Assembly (NCBI GenBank): GCA_009859145.1
Contig: VRVR01000029.1
Coordinates: 248,001 to 312,000, forward strand
Length of the DNA stretch: 64,000 nt
Source: Andalucia godoyi And28
Lineage: Eukaryota; Protista; Jakobida
Direction of reading: 5' to 3'
A program made the position numbers and the translations under genes. The notes under the pieces are model-generated. The model made no database searches. It saw only the letters and a program-made list of their open reading frames with translations, and was not told where the DNA came from. Numbering within the stretch: position 1 is the stretch's first letter; every line of letters begins with the position of its first letter. Shown here in pieces: positions 20,023 through 29,965 of the stretch.

Positions 20023-20632
20023 TTCCTCCCCAAGCAGTTGAATCTATATCCCCAATAGTTGATCAATGCAAAAATAAATTAATGAAACAGTACAATTTGG
20101 AGGAATCAGAATTGAACAAGAAGAAAGCCGTGAAGAGAATGCTGAATGCGTAATGCTGAGTGCGTCGGGAACGTATTTTGGGTTTTTCCCAAATGGATTT
20201 CAATGGCATTTTCCGTTCTTGAAGGAAACGGGGAGAGAAGGTTCTACCGGCTACAGACGGCATGCGTTTTTCGGGTTTATTATTCGGTAATCATTTTAAA
20301 TAGTTACGCAGCGAGAGGGTGCAGACGGTTTTCCTGACGAGTTGTTTTTCTATCTGCTGTCTGACTTCTGTGACTGGGTATGGTGTTGCAAGCATCAGAT
20401 CATTGCTGCCAGGTCAGTCGATATTATCATGATTTTTCGATGCAGTCTTCTTGTCGTTTGCGTGTGCATGTGTGGAATGCTGTAGAGATGGCATGATCTG
20501 AAAAAGAGTTTTATAGACATGAAAATTGTGCTCAGGAGAATATGCAGAGGAATGAGGGCGCTTGAAGCGTTGGAAAAGAGACATTGCCTGCACCTCTGGC
20601 AACCCGCAACCGCAACCGCAACCGCAACCACT

Positions 20633-20938
20633 CTATGGGTCTGACATGATTCTGTTGATGCCTGGAAACAGCTGAGGCGGATGGTTGACGTGGTCGCTCT
20701 TCCAATAGGAGCTGAGCCAGTTGTCCTTTGGATTATCATTCTTTCCGATCTTTTCAAACGGCTGATGCTCTCTGCGGTTGGTCCATGAAACATCCCAGTT
20801 TGAAGTGGCCATGCGGATTCCAGCATACGTCATCAAGGTTACCTGCACTGCCGTTGCGAACACAATCGGAGCTGCATCAATTGGGAAGCGCATGCCACCA
20901 ATCGACCACAGAGTCTTTCCGAGCTTTTCGATTCTCAT
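20633..20938 (-). CDS. NDUFA4: NDUFA4/COXFA4 (MLRQ) family protein, plant B12D-like, 101 aa
   Basis: PIDAAPIVFATAVQVTLMTYAGIRMATSNWDVSW fits the MLRQ TM plus (N)xDVxW pattern. C-terminal PQLFPGINRIMSDP resembles the plant B12D ending. ATG at 20938. Confidence 0.8.
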   Translation of the reverse strand: MRIEKLGKTLWSIGGMRFPIDAAPIVFATAVQVTLMTYAGIRMATSNWDVSWTNRREHQPFEKIGKNDNPKDNWLSSYWKSDHVNHPPQLFPGINRIMSDP

Positions 20939-21305
20939 TGCTTGATGGTCTTTTTTTCTTCTTCTTTCTTTCTTCTTTCCGTTTGTTTTGTTTTCTCCCG
21001 CTTTTTTTTTTGTTTTGCTTGTGTGTTTGTGTCTGTGTGTGTGTGAAAGGGAAAATAAAGGGGAGGAAAATAAAGGAAGAGAATGGAAATGGAATGGATC
21101 AAGAGCGCAGATGTCTTTTATACTTTTTGGAACGCCGTTCATCGTGCAAAAATAAACTGAGCGCTTTATTTTGGAAACGTCAGTGGACAAAAATATCTTC
21201 TGAAAAGAAATGGCCCGCCGCCATTCCGTTTATGGAAATTTTGTCGGACGATATTTTTCATTTTTAATTGGTTTTGGTTAATTGCTGTTGCTTTTTTGAT
21301 TTGTC

Positions 21306-21863
21306 TTAGACAAGAGAGGAAAGAACGGCAATGACGCCGAGTGAGAATATTCGGAACGACAAGGACAAGTGCGAGGATGCGTTATTTGTGCAAAACTTCC
21401 CCTTTCCTACGAATGCAACTGCGCTCGCAAATGTGGAGTCCACGGGCCGGAAGCCCGCAAACACATTTTCGTCGAGTGGGCAGTAGCCGGTGGTGAACCC
21501 AATGAAATATTCATAACCGTTCACAATCGACCAGCAGTACCCGGACACTTCGCACGATATGTTGCTGAACGTTACGCTTTGAAACGCGGCTGCACAAGGA
21601 AAAGATACTGTGTCCAGAGATGGACTCGACACTGTGATCTGCTTGAAAATTCCAGATCGGTAATACGATCCCAGACAGGAATCCGCAATCCTTGTGGAAT
21701 CGCCGCACCATTCCCCAGAAAAGGTCTTTGCAAATGACGCAGTGGTATTCGGACAGTTGTTCTGCGCAATCGCTGCCTCGACGTGGACTGGAGACATGCT
21801 GAAGCCCTGCAGTAGTAGAGCAAACAGCGCCAATAGAACTGTTCTCGATAGCGAAGCGTGCAT
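21306..21863 (-). CDS. Secreted, probably GPI-anchored, Cys-rich surface protein (185 aa)
   Basis: Signal peptide MHASLSRTVLLALFALLLQG, 8 Cys, small-residue omega region (NNASS), hydrophobic C-terminus with no cytosolic tail. Confidence 0.7.
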   Translation of the reverse strand: MHASLSRTVLLALFALLLQGFSMSPVHVEAAIAQNNCPNTTASFAKTFSGEWCGDSTRIADSCLGSYYRSGIFKQITVSSPSLDTVSFPCAAAFQSVTFSNISCEVSGYCWSIVNGYEYFIGFTTGYCPLDENVFAGFRPVDSTFASAVAFVGKGKFCTNNASSHLSLSFRIFSLGVIAVLSSLV

Positions 21864-22727
21864 GCTCGATTGTTCTCTTGTTTTCGAAACGCTGATTCCT
21901 TTCCTTAATGTTTCAAATGCCATCCTTGGAAAAGATGCTCACTTGGTAGTCCGGTGGATGCCAATGCACGAATGTAAATGATCATACTCAAAAAAAATTA
22001 TTATAAAAGAAAACAGAAAGAAGAAGCGCAGAAAATATAAACGCCGGAACACCCAGGAAAAAAAAAGCCACCACCACCATCACCAAACAACGGACCCAAA
22101 CCCTCAGTCAATCTCAGGCGGCAGGAGTGCCCAGTGGCGCTCGGTGCTCTGCGGTGCGATCTGTTGTGAAGGGGAAGGAACAGCCAATGTGCAAGCAAAG
22201 TGGATTTTTGAATTCTCCCGATGTTTGCATGCTGTGCAAGCAAATAGTTTTGCTCACATGAACGGCCTCCCCCCCAAAAAAGGCCGAGGCGGCGAAGGGA
22301 AGGGAGGGATTGCAGACGCGAGAATCGAGCCAGCAGCAGGAGTGTGGCACTTGTTGTGGGGGGGTATTGTTCAGTAGTTTGTACGAGACCAAAAAAAAAA
22401 AAAAAAAACACGACGCAACCGACGCAACACACATCATCAGCACACTGTATGCGCATGGTCATCTGTGTATTAAAAAAAACGCAGCCTTGCTCTGCTCTGC
22501 TTTGGGTTCTGTTGAGCGCCTGTAGAGCGCCGTACAAAATTGATCGAGTTTCCATGCTTGCTTGCAGGATTGAGAATGAATCGTCAAAGGAGAGAGAAAA
22601 TGGCATGCGTCAGGCTTCCTGGTTCATGGGGCTTGTGCAGACTCCGCTATCAGCCAATCAGAAGCGTGACCCAGGGACAAGGGCGCGGTTCGCTGTTACA
22701 CATATCTACGGTGTGTTGTGATCGCAA

Positions 22728-24944
22728 ATGGGGAAATCGCAATCAAAGATCCTGCGGCGCGTGTCGTCGACGCATGAAGAGGAGCTCATCAAAGGGCTGG
22801 TGGAGCTTCAGCAGTGTGTGCAGTCGTCGACAAGTGCGACTTCCGAAGGAGCGAAGCTTGAGTGGAAGGAAATCATAGAGCGATTGGTACAGATCTTTGC
22901 TGCAGAATCATGCTCCTCTGCAGTGTTTGCGGTTCTTTGCGCGACCGTGTCACAATTGTTATGCAATCCGAATGCTCCAGTATTGGTTGGATACTCGGAT
23001 TTTGTGAGAGATCTTCTTCTTCCGGTGTCGCTGCCATTCTTGTTTGATGTCCGCGACACTTACTATACTGCCGCTTATCGATGCTTTTCAGCCCGACTGA
23101 ACGACCAAGTTCTCGGCGACTGGGCCATGGTGGTGAAGGACAGCGTGGAAATGGCGCACTGCTTGCGAAGTACGCTTTCTTTCAAGAGCGGGCTCAGCAG
23201 TCACGGTTCCAATCCGAGTGTTTTGAGCGAGGATGTTAACCTGGAGTTTGATTCGAAGAGAGCAACAAGCGATTGGATCGACGCGCTGCAGCAAGCAATG
23301 CATCATGCGGCCTTGACTCCGTTCGTGATTCCTTGCGTCCGAGACATTCTGAGACGCTGTCTGTGGATCCGATTTCCGGAAATTTCCTCCGGGCTCATGT
23401 TCTATTCCGAGATTCTGGATCTGATGAACCGAGAAGCTCCCCTTATCTGGGGTATTCAGGGACAAGGAAGAGCCGCGCGAGCCGCCAGCAATGTCGTGGC
23501 CAACACGGAAGTATCTGCAAAGCTGCATTTCGCATTGTTCAATCTGATGAATGTCACATGGATGAATATCTCTTTCCACTTCCCAATGGACGCATTGATT
23601 AAGGACTTTCTGATGAAAAGCGTGCAGTGTTTTGAGAGTTCCATTGTTGCAATGAGCTCAGAAAAACCAGTCTCTGATCTCATTTTGATCACGCTCAGTC
23701 GGGCAGAGGACCCTCAGTTTTGCTACGAGCTGTGCAGGTTGTTGAAGTCCGTCATTTCGCACGCCAGACCGGATGAAAAGCGCAGAGTCCTTGTTTTCCA
23801 TGCTGTTTCTTGCCTGTTCACCAAGAATGCAGATCTCGTCCAGCTGTTCCCCCGATCTTTGGAAAGTCCTCAACCACAGACGATAACACAGTCTTCCAAT
23901 TCTCTTGCTGCTGATCCTTCGAGGCTGCAGAGCGGGCTGCATGTTGATCAGTTCATCAGCGCGCTTTTTGAAACATGGCTTGAGCTCCTCCGCGGTCTGT
24001 CCGGATCCAGCATTGAACCTCGATCCTTTTCCTTGACATTTCGTCTAATTATCCTGTTCCTGTTGGTGAGCAAACCGCGGTTTCTGATGTCGGCGGCGAA
24101 GGCTCTCGGGGTTCTTCTGGCGAATGCTCCTCAGCACGCCATTTCAGCCAGCACGGAGATTTGGAAAGAAGCTGTCGGATTCCTGCTTTCCTCGCAGACG
24201 ATCTCCACATACATCTCCGAAGGACATCTGGAATTGAGTCTCTTCTTGTCGCTGGAGAGCTTCGAGGCCGGACAAGCCTCATCGCTGCAGCATTTGGATT
24301 CCATACCAGTTGACCGGCCTGGTGCTCCTGATCCCCAGGTGCTAGCTCAGATCTGCAAGTTGCCCGTTTCTGCTGAGGGAACTGCTCGATTCACGTTTTA
24401 TTTTTCAACCATTCGCGATCGTACCGCGCGGATGATGCAGGTGTTCTTGACCAGCTCGCTGGACGACGGGTCGCTGGTGCACTACATGAAGTTGATGAAT
24501 CTCACATTTCAGAGTTTCCGGTCCACTTTCATGAATCGGTTTCAGGTGGATACTCTGTCATTGTCCATCATGTTTCTGGTCCGTGGTACGCGTGATCGGT
24601 CTGTAATGGATCATCATGAAGAGGAAATTCGCAGTCTGCGTTCAGATATCTCGGTCCTTCAAGAGAAAATTATATTGCAAGAATCGCAGATTTCAAAGTT
24701 CAAATCTTCCTTGGCGGCTTCCGAAGGCAGACTGCGCGAACAGCAGGAGTCTTTCAATTGCGCGATATGTTCGGATACATACATTGGCAATCATCCGTGC
24801 GTACTGACCAACTGCGGCCATATTTATTGCAGGGTCTGCCTAGAGTCCTTTTTGGGGATGCCCGCCCCCGGCCGATCGCGCCACGAGTGTCCGCTGTGCA
24901 GACGTCCGATTGTGAGTCCGTTTGTGGAACTTGCGGGAATCTGA
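22728..24944 (+). CDS. RING-HC E3 ligase-like protein with N-myristoylation motif, helical body and coiled coil
   Basis: Starts MGKSQS (MGxxxS). C-terminal CAIC...CGHIYCRVC...CPLC preceded by a heptad coil. Confidence 0.8.
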   Translation: MGKSQSKILRRVSSTHEEELIKGLVELQQCVQSSTSATSEGAKLEWKEIIERLVQIFAAESCSSAVFAVLCATVSQLLCNPNAPVLVGYSDFVRDLLLPVSLPFLFDVRDTYYTAAYRCFSARLNDQVLGDWAMVVKDSVEMAHCLRSTLSFKSGLSSHGSNPSVLSEDVNLEFDSKRATSDWIDALQQAMHHAALTPFVIPCVRDILRRCLWIRFPEISSGLMFYSEILDLMNREAPLIWGIQGQGRAARAASNVVANTEVSAKLHFALFNLMNVTWMNISFHFPMDALIKDFLMKSVQCFESSIVAMSSEKPVSDLILITLSRAEDPQFCYELCRLLKSVISHARPDEKRRVLVFHAVSCLFTKNADLVQLFPRSLESPQPQTITQSSNSLAADPSRLQSGLHVDQFISALFETWLELLRGLSGSSIEPRSFSLTFRLIILFLLVSKPRFLMSAAKALGVLLANAPQHAISASTEIWKEAVGFLLSSQTISTYISEGHLELSLFLSLESFEAGQASSLQHLDSIPVDRPGAPDPQVLAQICKLPVSAEGTARFTFYFSTIRDRTARMMQVFLTSSLDDGSLVHYMKLMNLTFQSFRSTFMNRFQVDTLSLSIMFLVRGTRDRSVMDHHEEEIRSLRSDISVLQEKIILQESQISKFKSSLAASEGRLREQQESFNCAICSDTYIGNHPCVLTNCGHIYCRVCLESFLGMPAPGRSRHECPLCRRPIVSPFVELAGI

Positions 24945-25071
24945 GATTGCAATAGCGTGATGAAAGAAGGAAAAAAAGGGAGGGGTGGGGTGACTCATGC
25001 ATTGTGCATGCATCACGATTCATGTCAACCGAGTACCGACATCACAAGCGCATTTTCTTTTCCTTCTCACT

Positions 25072-25120
25072 CACACACACACACACACACACACTCTCTC
25101 TCTCTCTCTCTGTCTCTCTC
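25072..25120. repeat. (CA)n(CT)n microsatellite between convergent gene ends
   Basis: Read directly. Confidence 0.9.
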
Positions 25121-25174
25121 GATTGTACAGTACAATCGCAATTATTACCTAGTATCGGTATCTTTACACCAAAT

Positions 25175-28100
25175 TCAAATATTCTTTCTTCCGATAATGA
25201 GAGCAGTGGAAACGTCACCGACACCCTTAACAAAGATCTTCTCGCGCTCTTCGTACGCGTACTTGTCGTGAATGAGCGCCAGCGTTTCTCTCGTCACCTG
25301 GACTCTGCCGACAACTCCGGTGCTCTCCATCTTATTTGCAATGTTCACAGTCGACGCCCAACAATCAAAGGCGAACTTGTCCTCTCCGATCACGCCGCCA
25401 ATTACGCTACCGGTGTTCACTCCACATCGAATTTGCCAAGTCGCCGCCAGTGGCTCCTTCAAAACAAACTCCTTGAGACATTCAATCATCTCCAGCGCAC
25501 ACTCGACAGCGTCCTCTGCTTGCGTATTGCGACGAACATCCTGAAATCCTGCAACGCCAAAGAACGCGTCGCCAATCGTCTTGATCTTTTCCACATGGTG
25601 CTTCTTGCAGATGCGGTCAAAGCGAATAACGAGATCATTCAGAACACGCACCATCTCGTCCGGGCTGGCATCCTTTGTGGATTCTGTGAAACCTGCGATG
25701 TCGGTAAATAACACAGACACTTGAGGGTAACGTTTTGAAATGGGGCGGGTGGTATCGATGGAACCATCCGGGCGAATGCGACTCTTGAGCTGCGATGCTA
25801 CTTCCTCAGGGAAGATGTTCTTGAGCAGCTTCTCCGAGCGCGCTTGCTCTTCTTTGATCAGCGAGTCTTGCTTCACTCTCTGCGTCCTATCGTGGATCAC
25901 CAAGATCAAGAAACCGCGCTGGACAGACGCACACAGCTGCGCCGGGAACGATTCAACAGTTCCGTCTTGTGTTCGAACCATCATCAGCTTCTCCGTAACA
26001 ATGTCGGACGTGGCATGGCCAGACACTTCGGCTTCGTTCAGCATTCGGCAGAATCCCCCGACCTTCTCGGCATCCAATTCGGAAAACAGGTGGCGGATGG
26101 ACTGTCCAACCAAGGCTTCTCGAGAGCACCCAAACATGATTCCAGCAGCTCGGTTCACCAAGACAATTTTCTCCGACCTATCCACTTCCACCAGGGCATC
26201 AGGAAGAGCTTCCGACATATCAACAACCTTTGCATCGTCGTCAGCAGCTTCCGATGTGTGTATCTGTCCTGAAGACAGCAGCGCATGAATGGCGCGATTG
26301 TCTTGCACGCATTTGTATGGCAGCATCAGCATCAGCAGCTGCACCTGCCGGAACTCGTCCTGGATCTTGTTCGACAGCATGATCATGATGCACAGTAAAA
26401 TAAGAGACAATGGAACGATTATTCCAAAGTATATGGAGACTCGCGAGTTCATCGCGGAAAATCGGGCCGAATAATCGGACTGGAGGCTGTTTGCTGCAAA
26501 CTCCAAATTCCCACTGACTCGACTGTCCCAGTTAACCATCTGCGTGACAAACGCCGGCGTTCTGTATTTTGCAGGATATGTCGTCGCATTCGATCGATAA
26601 AAATATGTAAACATCTCATCCGCGCTAACCAGAACATCTTCGACAGAGTAGCATAGAGGACTCGTCACCGAAGTACAGGCCGCTTGGCGAAAGGCAGATA
26701 CCACACCAGGAAGCATATTAGAATGCGTGTAAATTCCCTTTTGATTCGCGCTGGGGAGTCCAAATCGAAATTGTTTGAGGTCCGTTTGGTATTTTCTGTT
26801 GGTCAGCGCGCCCATCAGACCTTGGATGCGCGACGCTAAAGTACGAGTCAGAGTGGTGAAAAAAACCATGATGACGGTCCAGTCGCAGCCTGAAGTAAAA
26901 TCTCTTGAGAGCTTCATGGATCCAGATATTTCCTGTCCCACACCTCCCGAGGTTGAATAGAGTACGTACTGCTCCGTTGAAAACGCGATGACAGTGACGA
27001 ACAAAAACAGCCACAGCACAATACCGACGACCATGGTTCTTGAGACGGAATGCGATCGGAAGTCTTTGGAATTGTTGACATCGGTCTCTTCCGACCGAGA
27101 AGACGTCGTTTGCGAGTACTGTGATGACAGCGAATGCAGCGCGCGCGAAGCATCTGACTTTGGAACCGATTCAAATAGTTCATAGAGCCGTTTTCTCTCG
27201 CGACGAATGGAAATCAATGCAGGAATGATAATAACCAACGGCACAATGATGAGCAGCGCAAGAGAGACTCCGAGGATGATTGAGTTCGTTACAACGAGTT
27301 GATTGTAGAACGTCGAGTTGAATCTGTCCACGTAGGCATGGGTAATGTCTTGCAGAGTTACGCCGATCGAGGCTGCATTGTACACAACCCACAGCCAGTT
27401 TGCCGTGGTGAAGGATCCGAATGGTATGTCTTTGTACGCATAGACATTTTGAAAAAGCGTCTGCAGAGCATCCCACGCAGATGTCAGGACGATCTGTCCA
27501 CCGCCGTTGGAGACATCGATTGGAATCCGGGGCGATTTCCACAAATCCATCAGCGCGGAATCGTCCGTGGGAGGATTCTGAACAACAAGCTGGTCGACCA
27601 CGAAAACGCCCAAATCGTACGTCGTCTGCAACTTTTTCTGTGCAATTGCGTAGTCAGTAGGCCGAGCAAACAGCGTGGAGATGTAGGACATTGTACCTCG
27701 GAAAGAGAATCCTTGTCCTAGTTCCTGGAGTCTGCTGGCGCGATACACTTCCGTGAGGTTTCCGTCGAACTTGTTGGTCACTGACACCAGCACACCGAAC
27801 GCGATCGCTACCATAATGAGAAGGACGAAGACCGTGAGAGTCGAGGCAATGATGAGCCGCAAGACAGACGGAGACCTGTAGTTCGCAACTCGATCCCGGA
27901 AAATCGCAACTCGAGAGCCACTGGAGCCCTTAGAACTACCCGACGTTTGAGACTTGCGATCGTCATCACCTCCCGCCTGGCGAGCATCTGAGGATTCCTG
28001 TGACAGACTTTCTAAGCTGCTGCCGAGCTGCGACTTGTCTCGATCCGCAAACGAAACGGGCGCGATTCTGCTGCGTCGACTGGAAGGGAGGTGGGAAGCA

Positions 28101-29866
28101 TTGGTGGGCCGCTGAAATTTGGCACCGCCGCTGCCGCCGCCGCCTTGGGCACCATCTTCAAGACGTTCTGCTTCGTACTGTTCCGCCATTTCCAAGTATT
28201 GCTGTGCCTTGAACGGATCCCCTAGAATGTTCTCAAAGAACAAGGCATTTTCCCGGAGTACTGCTGGCGACCGAGGGAACCGTTCTAGCAAGCTTTGCAG
28301 ACGAGAGATTAAACTCTTCTTTTCAGAACATACAGCCGAAACCACACCAGACATTCTGCCTTCACTCATTCGATGCTTTGCCAGATCACGGAAGAACCGT
28401 AGCAGCAGATTCTGGAGATTTTCTCGAGCTCGTTGCACCATTTTCAGCTGCACAGCAATCTCACGCGCCTCTTCAGAAAAGAAACCAGAAAACAGAGACA
28501 AACGAAGCTCGTATCGTAGCGACGTGAACGTAGCAAGCTTGTACCATCCTGAAAGGCCGTGTCTCTCAACATCACTGACAGCCTTCAAAAGAGCATTCTT
28601 GTGCTGCGGGCAAAAGTTGAAGAGGAACAGCGCGTAGTTCAGCAGCGACCCCGTTGCATAATTGGAAGATTTCAGAGACAAGCCTAGCACGTCTGCAATC
28701 ATGTCAGCGTCATCCGGGACTTGGGACTGGTGTGATTTCCCGTAGCGCAGCGCGGTGTGAAAATCCAATCGAATTTCGATACCGGCCTCTTGGGGGCCAT
28801 CGGAAAACGGCTCTGCCGACGCAGCCGATGCTGCCTCGTCGTGTTCCTCGATTTCTTTTAGCTTGGAGGCATAGTCTGCAAAAAACAAATGAGATTTCCA
28901 CGCATCTTGCCGCAGTAGCCAGACAGACAGGGGGATGAAGACAAGCGGAGCAGCAAGAAACGCCCAAGCGACGTTGGCAGTCGGGGCAATTGCAGACGAA
29001 TACAAGAAGGCTATAAAACTCCAGGATGCCGCCAGAAAAGAGATGATGAACCACAGCCAGTTAATGTTCATGTCAAAAAACGGCAGCTCGTAAAAGACGT
29101 GTGACGCAAACACAACGGCAACCGCGAACTGGACCATCGGTGCCACCACCATCGCAGATGTGCCATCCAAAAATACGTACAAGAGCACACAAGCGACTCT
29201 GCAGATTGACCACATCGTGGTAAACAACGGGTAGGGACATGCGCTTGGCGACAGTTCCTTGGAGTACTTGGTCTTGATGAACAAGGCGGAATACAGAAAA
29301 TCTGCAGACAAGAGCAAAACCAGGCCCAGGACGGAGAATGCCTGCGCAAGCACCGAGAATGTGGAATTCCAGCACATGTCCGATCGGATCGAGCACGAAA
29401 CGGAACGCAAGAGCATAAGACAGCCTGGAAGGAAGCAAACGTTGTGCAGGATCACAAATGTGCTGTTCAGGTACGGAAGCAGCACAATGAGCGACTCCCG
29501 ATTGTTCAGCATGCCTACAGCATTCCACAGAAGAAGGCCAGAGGAGCACACCAAAGCAAGACTTGCAGTCAATACGTAGATCTCCAGCACCTCCAGATAA
29601 GACGAAAACAGGCTGTACGGCTCATTGATGACGTTGAGAATTTCAAACACGGTCTTGCTGTCGTCATTCCACGACCACGAAGGCCGCAGCGCCAGTAGGG
29701 CAAACTGCAGCAGGGAAATCAACACTAGCAGAATAGACACAAATGTCGGAAGAACATTGCTCTTCCCAACACGGTGAAACGCCGCTGCAACTCGACCAAA
29801 GAAGGAGTCGTCGAATGTCGCTGCACTTGATGACTCGCTGCCCTCCGCGGACTGGTGGTCATCCAT
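25175..29866 (-). CDS. Multi-TM (TmcB-like N-terminus) PAS-domain class III adenylyl cyclase
   Basis: Catalytic motifs FTDIAGFT, EKIKTIGDA, IRCGVNTG, FDCW, TVNIANKMES, VKG. PAS domain LPDALVEVDRSEKIVLVNRAAGIMFGCSREALVGQSI. Many TM helices. Start taken at MDDHQS (29866). Confidence 0.9.
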   Translation of the reverse strand: MDDHQSAEGSESSSAATFDDSFFGRVAAAFHRVGKSNVLPTFVSILLVLISLLQFALLALRPSWSWNDDSKTVFEILNVINEPYSLFSSYLEVLEIYVLTASLALVCSSGLLLWNAVGMLNNRESLIVLLPYLNSTFVILHNVCFLPGCLMLLRSVSCSIRSDMCWNSTFSVLAQAFSVLGLVLLLSADFLYSALFIKTKYSKELSPSACPYPLFTTMWSICRVACVLLYVFLDGTSAMVVAPMVQFAVAVVFASHVFYELPFFDMNINWLWFIISFLAASWSFIAFLYSSAIAPTANVAWAFLAAPLVFIPLSVWLLRQDAWKSHLFFADYASKLKEIEEHDEAASAASAEPFSDGPQEAGIEIRLDFHTALRYGKSHQSQVPDDADMIADVLGLSLKSSNYATGSLLNYALFLFNFCPQHKNALLKAVSDVERHGLSGWYKLATFTSLRYELRLSLFSGFFSEEAREIAVQLKMVQRARENLQNLLLRFFRDLAKHRMSEGRMSGVVSAVCSEKKSLISRLQSLLERFPRSPAVLRENALFFENILGDPFKAQQYLEMAEQYEAERLEDGAQGGGGSGGAKFQRPTNASHLPSSRRSRIAPVSFADRDKSQLGSSLESLSQESSDARQAGGDDDRKSQTSGSSKGSSGSRVAIFRDRVANYRSPSVLRLIIASTLTVFVLLIMVAIAFGVLVSVTNKFDGNLTEVYRASRLQELGQGFSFRGTMSYISTLFARPTDYAIAQKKLQTTYDLGVFVVDQLVVQNPPTDDSALMDLWKSPRIPIDVSNGGGQIVLTSAWDALQTLFQNVYAYKDIPFGSFTTANWLWVVYNAASIGVTLQDITHAYVDRFNSTFYNQLVVTNSIILGVSLALLIIVPLVIIIPALISIRRERKRLYELFESVPKSDASRALHSLSSQYSQTTSSRSEETDVNNSKDFRSHSVSRTMVVGIVLWLFLFVTVIAFSTEQYVLYSTSGGVGQEISGSMKLSRDFTSGCDWTVIMVFFTTLTRTLASRIQGLMGALTNRKYQTDLKQFRFGLPSANQKGIYTHSNMLPGVVSAFRQAACTSVTSPLCYSVEDVLVSADEMFTYFYRSNATTYPAKYRTPAFVTQMVNWDSRVSGNLEFAANSLQSDYSARFSAMNSRVSIYFGIIVPLSLILLCIMIMLSNKIQDEFRQVQLLMLMLPYKCVQDNRAIHALLSSGQIHTSEAADDDAKVVDMSEALPDALVEVDRSEKIVLVNRAAGIMFGCSREALVGQSIRHLFSELDAEKVGGFCRMLNEAEVSGHATSDIVTEKLMMVRTQDGTVESFPAQLCASVQRGFLILVIHDRTQRVKQDSLIKEEQARSEKLLKNIFPEEVASQLKSRIRPDGSIDTTRPISKRYPQVSVLFTDIAGFTESTKDASPDEMVRVLNDLVIRFDRICKKHHVEKIKTIGDAFFGVAGFQDVRRNTQAEDAVECALEMIECLKEFVLKEPLAATWQIRCGVNTGSVIGGVIGEDKFAFDCWASTVNIANKMESTGVVGRVQVTRETLALIHDKYAYEEREKIFVKGVGDVSTALIIGRKNI

Positions 29867-29933
29867 GGCTGACTGCACAAGCACTGCCGAACAAGGATGC
29901 TGGAAAATAAAACAAATTAAAACTAGCACGAAA

Positions 29934-29965
29934 GAAAGAGTGAAAGAGTGAAAGAGTGAAAGAGT
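29934..29965. repeat. (GAAAGAGT)4 tandem repeat upstream of the cyclase ATG
   Basis: Read directly. Confidence 0.85.

Noticed and set aside
20599-20629. (GCAACC)n as an interstitial telomere
   Set aside because: The unit differs from TTAGGG-type repeats; it is a short hexanucleotide slippage tract just past the NDUFA4 stop.
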